A stretch of DNA of 64,000 nucleotides from assembly GCA_021824625.1 (NCBI GenBank), contig JAKAKE010000179.1:16060-80059 (forward strand). Direction: 5' to 3'. Shown here in pieces: positions 44,700-52,421 of the stretch (within the stretch, counting starts at the first letter, position 1; every line of letters starts with the position of its first letter). The notes beneath the pieces are model-generated. The model made no database searches, was not told the origin of the DNA, and was given only the letters and a program-made list of their open reading frames with translations. Both the position numbers and the translations under genes were made by a program. Source of the DNA: Bacteroidota bacterium (GTDB taxonomy: Bacteria; Bacteroidota; Ignavibacteria; Kapaibacteriales; UBA2268).

Positions 44700-44935
44700 T
44701 GACAACGACAGCGAAAGAGAGACTAAACACGATAGGGAATATAGCGGCGACGGTATCGGCCGCGCTACTTGTAATAATACTGGGCTGGTTCATTGCAATA
44801 AACGACAAAGTAACAACACATGATGAAAAATTAAAGACTGTCGAAAAAAAAATTGATGTCATAGAAACTAAAGTGAACGACAATTGTATAAAAATTTCAA
44901 ACATCGAAATTATTCATCCAGAATTAAAAAAATAA
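44699..44935 (+). CDS. single-TM protein with coiled-coil tail (lysis-cassette member; holin/antiholin candidate)
   Basis: 78 aa. TM segment IAATVSAALLVIILGWFIAI followed by a charged helix. Confidence 0.5.
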   Translation: MTTTAKERLNTIGNIAATVSAALLVIILGWFIAINDKVTTHDEKLKTVEKKIDVIETKVNDNCIKISNIEIIHPELKK

Positions 44936-44948
44936 GAAAGGAATTGAT

Positions 44949-45365
44949 ATGTGGTTATATATTTTGATTGCAGTATTTATCTTAGCGGCTTATTTGTTCA
45001 TTGTAATTAAATCGGCTGCTGAGAAAAAACTACCAGGAAACGCAAAGAAACTATATACTAATGTATTGGATTGGATTCACAGGAATACAATTTTATTGGT
45101 ATTGGTTCTTGCGGCTTCTTATATGCTCATCCCGATCGGCTTCGGATTCTTAATAATTTTAATTGTCGGAATAGGAGCATTGGTTATTCTATTATCGGGT
45201 TTCGGATTGTGGGCTTATACAAAATTTAAATTCATAAAAGATTTTAATCCGGAATTGTCGAGTGCTGTTGTGATTGGTGTTCTGAGAGCATTCAGCACTT
45301 TAGCTGCAGGATTAACTGTAGGATATTATTTATCAGAATATATCAGGGTATCAAAACCACAATGA
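44949..45365 (+). CDS. multi-TM membrane protein (holin candidate)
   Basis: 138 aa with about 4 hydrophobic segments. Directly upstream of the muralytic enzyme gene. Confidence 0.5.
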   Translation: MWLYILIAVFILAAYLFIVIKSAAEKKLPGNAKKLYTNVLDWIHRNTILLVLVLAASYMLIPIGFGFLIILIVGIGALVILLSGFGLWAYTKFKFIKDFNPELSSAVVIGVLRAFSTLAAGLTVGYYLSEYIRVSKPQ

Positions 45366-46003
45366 GAAAATTATACGGACATATAATCCCTTTTTCTTTC
45401 CGTAAGATTTTTCTAACGGTCAGTTTATTGCTTTTTCTGTCCGTTAGTTTTTCCTATTCCCAGGTAAAATACAAAATACCATGCAAAGAAGTCTTGCTTG
45501 AATTGAGTGACACTATTCTTAAACAGCAGGTTGGTATAAGAGAAAAGACCGGGCATAATGACGGTAGAAAAGTCGAGGCTTACCTTGCAAGTGTTAATCT
45601 GAAAAAAGGCAATCCTTATTGTGCGGCAGGCCAGTATTGGTGTTTCGATACAGCAGCATTCATTTTGAATTTATCTGAAAAAGATATTCCACTTGCAAAA
45701 ACCGGTCTTGCTAACGGGATGTATAATTCAGCAAAGAAAAAAGGGGAGTTATCTGTTTACATTCCCGAAGTAAATGATTTGATTGTATGGAAAGATAGAT
45801 GGAGTTCATCCGGGCATATTGAAAGAATTATTGCTGTATTAGAAAACGGCTGGGTGTTGACAGTTGGATTCAACACTTCAAATGGTTTAAAAGGTTCACA
45901 GGCTAACGGCAACGGTGTTTTTTATCGGAAACGAAATTTATATTATCCATTGACAAGACTACTTATTGTCAGGGGATTAATCGGATTTATAAGGATTTGC
46001 TGA
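45362..46003 (+). CDS. CHAP/NlpC-P60-like peptidoglycan hydrolase with N-terminal signal-anchor (endolysin candidate)
   Basis: GNPYCAAGQYWCF (Cys) and SSGHIERI (His). N-terminal hydrophobic segment FLTVSLLLFLSVSFSYS. Confidence 0.6.
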   Translation: MRKLYGHIIPFSFRKIFLTVSLLLFLSVSFSYSQVKYKIPCKEVLLELSDTILKQQVGIREKTGHNDGRKVEAYLASVNLKKGNPYCAAGQYWCFDTAAFILNLSEKDIPLAKTGLANGMYNSAKKKGELSVYIPEVNDLIVWKDRWSSSGHIERIIAVLENGWVLTVGFNTSNGLKGSQANGNGVFYRKRNLYYPLTRLLIVRGLIGFIRIC

Positions 46004-46013
46004 TGAGAATACA

Positions 46014-46244
46014 ATGCTCAAAAAACTTTGGAAACGGCTGTCTCGAAAATTTTGGATTTGGTTACTTATCCGGCTTTACGGAGACCGTTGTAAAACGTGC
46101 AGATTTTGGGTTAAAAGCAAAGAAAAGAATTATGGGTATTGCTGTTATTTCGCTATAAAGTTTTTAAAAGAAAAGAATCCTATTAAAAGTAATGTGAAGA
46201 TTTATAAGAATAGTTTTTGTTTGCTATATGAGGTTAGAAATTGA
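46014..46244 (+). CDS. small basic Cys-containing protein
   Basis: 76-aa ORF in the lysis cassette. Confidence 0.4.
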   Translation: MLKKLWKRLSRKFWIWLLIRLYGDRCKTCRFWVKSKEKNYGYCCYFAIKFLKEKNPIKSNVKIYKNSFCLLYEVRN

Positions 46245-46732
46245 GAAAATTTATTATCATATTTTTTTTAATTGCATTGACAATTCCAAGTTGTTCACGC
46301 CACATTAATTGGAAACGTTACTGGAGTGAATATTCCAAATACTCAACATCAATTCAGAAATGGTCTAATCATTATGGACTTGACACTAATATTGTAAAAG
46401 CATTAATCAGTTGGGAAAGCGGATGGACACCGAAGGCAAAGGGAATACCTCCATCATGCAGGGGATTAATGCAAGTAAATGGCGGCTCTTTAAATGCTGA
46501 TGAGAATATTAAATCAGGGTGCAGTATTCTAAAAAGAAATTTAATTTTATTTGGTTACGATTATTACAAAGCGTTAATCGGTTACAATGCTGGCTCAGGC
46601 AAAGCACGTTCAATAATTAAATCAAAAAAAAGATGGAATTACTCAACACAAATTTTGAGAATAGCTTACACTCTGAGCAAACTTGACCATCATTTAATTT
46701 CTTTATATCAAAACAAAAGAGGTTTGATATGA
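46241..46732 (+). CDS. SLT-domain lytic transglycosylase, probable lipoprotein
   Basis: Lipobox LTIPSC, catalytic ISWESGW, and GLMQV motif. TTG start. Confidence 0.7.
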   Translation: MRKFIIIFFLIALTIPSCSRHINWKRYWSEYSKYSTSIQKWSNHYGLDTNIVKALISWESGWTPKAKGIPPSCRGLMQVNGGSLNADENIKSGCSILKRNLILFGYDYYKALIGYNAGSGKARSIIKSKKRWNYSTQILRIAYTLSKLDHHLISLYQNKRGLI

Positions 46733-47319
46733 GCCAAAACATTAAATATATATTAGGATTTATAATATCATTTCTGCTTTTTATTGGTGGACTGTTCACT
46801 TATAAAAGCTGTCAGAAGTGTCCTGAACCCCCAAAGTATAGAACTGAAAAACAGATTATTGACAGCATGCTGAAAGTTATTCCACGCGATACAACTTATA
46901 TCATAGGCAAAGGCAAAGTTATTTACAGAGATTTAATTGATACCAATTACATCTTTATAAAAGATTCAATGCTATTTGCTAAGGTATTTGAGAATGATAA
47001 TGTTTACTGGGATTCAATTCCCATACCTGAAACCTATCAGTATATATTAAGTAAACCTTTTGAAAGTTGTTTGGACACAATTTGTCAAAAAGATACTGTC
47101 AAAGTGTGCTATGAGTACCCGGCTAATTATTTGAGTGTTTTATATAAACCTCATCCTGATTCAATCTATGTGAAAACAATAAATAATTACATAGTCGAAG
47201 AAAAGCATTGGTATTTTGGTGTAGGTATGCACTTAGGTACAGGATGGAGTGGTGGTCAGGGATTGACAGGACAACTCGGAATTGGAGTTCATTTAGGCTA
47301 TAAAATAGGTGAATGGTAA
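46729..47319 (+). CDS. N-terminally anchored protein with Gly-rich C-terminus (spanin-like candidate)
   Basis: 196 aa. TM segment ILGFIISFLLFIGGLF and C-terminus GVGMHLGTGWSGGQGLTGQLGIGVHLGY. Confidence 0.45.
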   Translation: MSQNIKYILGFIISFLLFIGGLFTYKSCQKCPEPPKYRTEKQIIDSMLKVIPRDTTYIIGKGKVIYRDLIDTNYIFIKDSMLFAKVFENDNVYWDSIPIPETYQYILSKPFESCLDTICQKDTVKVCYEYPANYLSVLYKPHPDSIYVKTINNYIVEEKHWYFGVGMHLGTGWSGGQGLTGQLGIGVHLGYKIGEW

Positions 47320-47444
47320 GTATAGCCGGCACGGGTTAATCTCCGGCTTTAAATAAAAGATTAACACTTGGTGTTTTTCATCTTAATCTCCGGGGCGGGT
47401 AATCAGCCCGCCTTGTTAAAGTGAGAAAAAATATATGGGTAGTT

Positions 47445-48971
47445 ATGAGAAGGTTTACGGTTTATTTAATAGCAATTTTATTATTTCTTGGATTCAATAA
47501 AATGGGATTTGCAGGAATACATACGTGGGATTTATTAACTGAAAATAATGGTAAAGTTATACCATTGCAGAAGGATCAGTTAAAACAGAAACATGTTGAC
47601 CCTGCATTTCTTGCACAATTGTTGCAAGATGTTAAAGCTGCAGTTTCGGCTGCTGATTCGAATTCCGATTATTTAGATAATAAAATTGTAGTTGAAGGCC
47701 TGATAAAAAGTATATTACTGCCGGGAGCAAATGAGCAATTAAAACTTTTAAACGAGCAAAAAGTAAAAATGAATTCCGGTGCAACAGGCGGTTATCTTTT
47801 TGATTTATTAACTTCGGACAGGTTAATCTCAATTGTTCAACAAGCAAATAACATTTTAATAAAACTTGGATTAATTAACGGATTAGCGGGAGCAACACTA
47901 AGCGATGACTTGGTATTGCTCACTGAAAGAACTACCGATAATTCACTTTATAAAATAGCACAAGATTCATTAAGGAGCTGGTCGAATAGATTGTGGTACA
48001 CCGAGACATTAAACAATAGTTCTATAATTGCAGTTCCCGAAGATACAGATTTTTCAATGTCTATGCTTTCACTTGGTAGCGGAGGCACAGAGTTTATGAA
48101 GAACAAAAGGTGCGTGTGGGGTTATAGCGACAGCAAGGCAAGATTCTTAGGAAGATTGATTAGCATAGGCAGAGACGGGGACAGTTATACAGACGCCGCC
48201 TTAATCAAATTGAGAGGCGAAAGAGTAGTAATATCGGCAGCAGATTATTCAGGTACGTTGAATGAGCAGTGCTGGTTCTCAGTACAATCTGAATCAGCAT
48301 CCTCTGTGCCGGCTTGGTTCTTTAAAATATCAGATTATTACGGAGCTGCGAAACAAATTGACCACGTTATTAATGCGGTTTTTGAATTTCATTATCCACT
48401 GAGCGGCGGCAATCCGCTTACAGACGGGAGATGGGTGTTGGTAGATTATGAATGTATGCCGCAAAAGTTTTGGAGGGATTCAGATGTTTTGATTACTCAG
48501 GATGGCCCGACTGGAGATTACACAATTCAAATACCAAACATAAATAAATTCCCGATGAATGGTTATTATCAGTTTTTTGCTCATATAGATTTAGTTGCTA
48601 CGTGGGAATGGAATTCATATAATGGCGTACCGAATACGAGTGAATTATATAAAACAATATTAGTACAATTAATTGATTCTGATGGTACTCAACCTAAGAT
48701 AAAAACACCAAATCATATTAATACACTTGGATTAAAGCCCGGATGCCCCGCCGAATGTTGTTGCACAATTTCAGGTAATCACAATCATTATTGGATTGAT
48801 GTTCAGGGTTTCGCTCATATAAATTCACCCGATTGCACGGGTCGTTATTTTAGTTTAAAAGTTATCAAACCGACTGGCGCCTTAATAACTACATGGGATA
48901 TAACATTTTGTACTTGGGAAGTACATTATTTAGGGAGAAAAAAGGCGGCTTATTGTAATCCGCCGGTGTAA
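47445..48971 (+). CDS. large hypothetical protein with N-terminal hydrophobic segment and Cys-rich C-terminus (tail fibre/receptor-binding candidate)
   Basis: About 508 aa from ATG 47445 (track: GTG 47421). 8 Cys in the last ~90 aa (CPAECCC...CTGR...FCTWE...YCNPPV). Confidence 0.55.
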   Translation: MRRFTVYLIAILLFLGFNKMGFAGIHTWDLLTENNGKVIPLQKDQLKQKHVDPAFLAQLLQDVKAAVSAADSNSDYLDNKIVVEGLIKSILLPGANEQLKLLNEQKVKMNSGATGGYLFDLLTSDRLISIVQQANNILIKLGLINGLAGATLSDDLVLLTERTTDNSLYKIAQDSLRSWSNRLWYTETLNNSSIIAVPEDTDFSMSMLSLGSGGTEFMKNKRCVWGYSDSKARFLGRLISIGRDGDSYTDAALIKLRGERVVISAADYSGTLNEQCWFSVQSESASSVPAWFFKISDYYGAAKQIDHVINAVFEFHYPLSGGNPLTDGRWVLVDYECMPQKFWRDSDVLITQDGPTGDYTIQIPNINKFPMNGYYQFFAHIDLVATWEWNSYNGVPNTSELYKTILVQLIDSDGTQPKIKTPNHINTLGLKPGCPAECCCTISGNHNHYWIDVQGFAHINSPDCTGRYFSLKVIKPTGALITTWDITFCTWEVHYLGRKKAAYCNPPV

Positions 48972-48973
48972 AT

Positions 48974-49207
48974 ATGGGAATAGCAATTAAATATGGAACA
49001 CTAAAAGCAAAGACAGATGTTAAGGGAATACATAATATCATTGAAAAAATTTATGATTTGTTATATCAAAATATTACAGAAGATTCAGAAGTAAGCATTT
49101 GCGATTTTGACTTTGCTTTAAAAGTATTGTTAAATAAAAAAACAATTACAGAAGAACAGAAAACAAAATTTTGGAATTGGTTGAAAGAGGTAGTAAATAA
49201 AAGATGA
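48974..49207 (+). CDS. hypothetical protein
   Basis: 77-aa ORF, 2 nt after the previous stop. Confidence 0.5.
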   Translation: MGIAIKYGTLKAKTDVKGIHNIIEKIYDLLYQNITEDSEVSICDFDFALKVLLNKKTITEEQKTKFWNWLKEVVNKR

Positions 49208-49281
49208 AGGAAATTTCATATAAAATATTAAACGAAAATCAAGAATTAACCTTGTTAAATATTTATAAGGAGTAAAAAGAA

Positions 49282-50007
49282 ATGGCATTAAATTATACTG
49301 AAAGCTCCATTTTACATGGCGCTCCGGTCGCCTGGATTCAGGAAATTACGGTGAGTGCTCTAACTGAGCTATTCCATTTTGATTTCATACAGGAACCAAA
49401 ATACAAGATTCCTATAAGTGGAACCGCATCAAAGGGAGGTAATAATACTGACATCAAAGGAGCTGATGGTTCATTATTAAGATTTCCCAAAGGTTCTCTT
49501 ATTATTGATGCAATCACTGAGGAGGAGATTGTTGAGGATGCAACTGCTGATGTTGACGCTACCGGCTTCGGTGAAATTACATTAGCTTTGAACAAAGCAC
49601 CAACAGAAATAGCTTATAAGAGTTGGACAACTTTTGTCAAAACACTTCATGACAAAAAGGATAGTCTTTTTCTAATTGCGATACCGACAGGCTTTACTTA
49701 CAAAGGTAGAAATGTCAGCAGCCCTAAAAATGTTGACGGTTATTTCTATCTTATTTGTAAGAGAAGTTCCGACATTGAGCAGACTTTCAATGATACACCG
49801 ACAACATTATCGGTAACATTCATTTCCTTCAGAGTTGCTGACTCAATGGCGGGAGGTATTGATACTGCTTTAACCACTGCAACGTGGACAGCAATTAATA
49901 TGAAGATTGGAACTTCAACCAATATTGCTTTAACACCCCCTGCTCTTGTAGCCGGTGATGCAGCATTGCTCAAAGCAGGTAAGCCTGTCTTGAAAACTGT
50001 CCCCTAA
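49282..50007 (+). CDS. hypothetical structural protein (tail-module; Ala/Thr-rich)
   Basis: 241 aa with AAGGAG RBS, followed by a strong terminator. Confidence 0.55.
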   Translation: MALNYTESSILHGAPVAWIQEITVSALTELFHFDFIQEPKYKIPISGTASKGGNNTDIKGADGSLLRFPKGSLIIDAITEEEIVEDATADVDATGFGEITLALNKAPTEIAYKSWTTFVKTLHDKKDSLFLIAIPTGFTYKGRNVSSPKNVDGYFYLICKRSSDIEQTFNDTPTTLSVTFISFRVADSMAGGIDTALTTATWTAINMKIGTSTNIALTPPALVAGDAALLKAGKPVLKTVP

Positions 50008-50038
50008 GAGACAGTGAAATTATTGAAAGGGGGAGAAT

Positions 50039-50075
50039 TAAATCTCCCCCATGATTTTATTTTTTATTAACATAA
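50039..50075 (+). terminator. rho-independent terminator
   Basis: GGGGGAGA-ATTAAA-TCTCCCCC perfect 8-bp stem, followed by ATGATTTTATTTTTTATT. Confidence 0.75.
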
Positions 50076-50091
50076 TTATGAAAAGAAAATT

Positions 50092-50856
50092 ATGCCGACT
50101 AAAAGCGTTGTACTCTTACGATGCCACGACCAAAAGCCGAACACGCTCGAGAACATCAGGCTCATTACAGAACAGAGCCCGTTTGATGTTTATATAGTTT
50201 ATGATTCAACCAATAAACAACCTTACGAATCTTCAGTCCATAAATATTTTAATTTTTCAATTTTCGATTACGACAGGACAGGCTATCCATTGCCGACTGA
50301 ACAACAGGTAAGAGAAATACCAACACCACCACCAAATCCTGTCATATTACCGATTTATTACAATCCGGAGATTGCCAATATTCTATTTTGGAAAGAACAT
50401 CCTGAATATGAGCATTATTGGTACATTGAATACGATGTATTTTTTAATGGAATTTGGAAAGACTTTTTCAGTTATTATGATAATTCTGATGAGGATTTAT
50501 TGTGTCCTCATTTAGCACATTATCCATTTAGTTGGTGGAAAAAATCACAGCTCGAGACACATTTACCTGTTCGAATGTCTGAAGATTGTATTTTCCGTTT
50601 CTTTGGTTGTATTGCAAGATATTCTAATAAACTCCTCGATGTTCTCGATACAGAATATTTACAAGGTAACATTGGATTTTATGAGCTTATCGTTCCGAGT
50701 CTTTGTGCTTTAAACGGACTGAAATTATCAGACCTCAATAAAGAGGATTTAATGGTTTATACTCCACTTACTTTGGGAGGTGCTAATCTACAGCGAATGT
50801 GGAATCAGAAATTTGTTGATGAATGTAAAAACATGTTGTTTCATCCAATCAGATAA
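50092..50856 (+). CDS. hypothetical protein, glycosyltransferase-like (weak)
   Basis: 254 aa. First gene of a three-gene insert. Only weak resemblance (YWYIEYDVFF acidic motif). Confidence 0.5.
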   Translation: MPTKSVVLLRCHDQKPNTLENIRLITEQSPFDVYIVYDSTNKQPYESSVHKYFNFSIFDYDRTGYPLPTEQQVREIPTPPPNPVILPIYYNPEIANILFWKEHPEYEHYWYIEYDVFFNGIWKDFFSYYDNSDEDLLCPHLAHYPFSWWKKSQLETHLPVRMSEDCIFRFFGCIARYSNKLLDVLDTEYLQGNIGFYELIVPSLCALNGLKLSDLNKEDLMVYTPLTLGGANLQRMWNQKFVDECKNMLFHPIR

Positions 50857-50861
50857 AAGTT

Positions 50862-51767
50862 ATGAACAGAATAATAGTAACACCGGCAGGCAGAAAAAAA
50901 TATCTTGAAATACTTTATCAGTATTTATTGAAGGCATTTCAGAAAAATGAATTTAAAGAATGGCATTTGTGGATGAACACCAAGAATGAAGTTGATAATC
51001 TTTACATGAATGAGCTTGCAAAAAATAATGAATGGATCAAGCTTATTTATTGGTGTGAAGAAAAATATTATCCTAAAGCCATTGATGCTGAACTTTGGAA
51101 AAACATACACAAGTTTTATTCTATTGACAGCACTGATCCAAGTGCTGTATATCTTGAACTTGATGATGACATTGTTTATATCGAGGATGGAGCAATTAAT
51201 AATATTTTTGAATTCAGGATTAGCAATCCTCAATATTTTTTAGTTTATGGAAATATTATTAATAACTCAGTACATGGACACCTACACCAACGTCTCGGAA
51301 TTGTTGACTATAGCAAAGGTATTAATCAATTTAATTGCTTCTGTAATATTGGTTGGAAATCAGGGGAGTATGTGAAATTAGTACATAACACATTTCTTGC
51401 AAATGTTGAAGTCAAGGAATTAGATAAATATAAATTTCCTCGATGGGAATTATGGAATATTGAACGTGTTTCTATCAATGTAGTTTCTTGGCTCGGTTTG
51501 GATTTTGCAAAATTCAGCGGTTTGGTTTTACAGGATGAAGAACTTGATTTATCTATTAATATACCAAAAAGGTTTAATAAGATAAATTGTATTAACGGTC
51601 AGGCTGTGTTTTCACATTATGCTTATTTCACTCAAAGAGATTATCTCGACCAGACGGAAATACTGAATGATTATAAAAAACTTTCCGGAGCAAATAAACC
51701 AACATTAATTATGGAAAAATTCGGCTTTAATAAAAATATCAAAGCTGATAATGAATATGAATTATAG
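50862..51767 (+). CDS. hypothetical protein, GT-A-like with DxD-type motif (weak)
   Basis: 301 aa. N-terminus IIVTPAGRKKYLE and LELDDDIVYIEDG. Confidence 0.5.
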   Translation: MNRIIVTPAGRKKYLEILYQYLLKAFQKNEFKEWHLWMNTKNEVDNLYMNELAKNNEWIKLIYWCEEKYYPKAIDAELWKNIHKFYSIDSTDPSAVYLELDDDIVYIEDGAINNIFEFRISNPQYFLVYGNIINNSVHGHLHQRLGIVDYSKGINQFNCFCNIGWKSGEYVKLVHNTFLANVEVKELDKYKFPRWELWNIERVSINVVSWLGLDFAKFSGLVLQDEELDLSINIPKRFNKINCINGQAVFSHYAYFTQRDYLDQTEILNDYKKLSGANKPTLIMEKFGFNKNIKADNEYEL

Positions 51768-52421
51768 ATGAAAAAATTAAATAATATAACGCTTGTAATT
51801 GTCGACTGTGTGAATTCTAATCGGGCTATTCATGCAATAAGAAAAAGTACGCAATATTTTGAGTTTGAACAAATATTGTTTTTTACTTCTTTATCAATTA
51901 CAAGTGATAATTATAAAATTATATCAATCAATAAAATAAATTCTGTATCAGAATATTCAGTTTTTATTTTACAGGAATTATATAAATACATTGAAACTGA
52001 CTATTGTTTAATTATACAATGGGATGGTTTTATTTTAAATCCCGAAGCCTGGTCAGATGAATTCTTGCAATATGATTATATCGGTGCTCCCTGGTCAGAT
52101 GCTATTATGAATGGTATATTTAAACGGGATGGATATACTGATTCATATAGAGTCGGTAATGGGGGATTCAGTTTAAGAAGCAAAAAGTTATTAGAATTAT
52201 TACCGACATCAATTCCGATTAATTGGGCATTTATTAATAGAGGCTGGTACTATTGCGAAGATTTGGTTATATGCAAACAATACAGAGATAAATTAGAAGC
52301 TCAAGGTATAAAGTTTGCTCCTGTAGAATTAGCAAGTAAATTTTCAGTTGAAGATGGAATATATGAAGGTCAATTTGGTTTTCATAATAATAAAAAAGAA
52401 TTTGAGATATACAGGCTATAA
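51768..52421 (+). CDS. DUF5672-like putative glycosyltransferase
   Basis: 217 aa. YDYIGAPW and GNGGFSLRS motifs, recalled as typical of DUF5672. Needs an HMM check. Confidence 0.5.
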   Translation: MKKLNNITLVIVDCVNSNRAIHAIRKSTQYFEFEQILFFTSLSITSDNYKIISINKINSVSEYSVFILQELYKYIETDYCLIIQWDGFILNPEAWSDEFLQYDYIGAPWSDAIMNGIFKRDGYTDSYRVGNGGFSLRSKKLLELLPTSIPINWAFINRGWYYCEDLVICKQYRDKLEAQGIKFAPVELASKFSVEDGIYEGQFGFHNNKKEFEIYRL

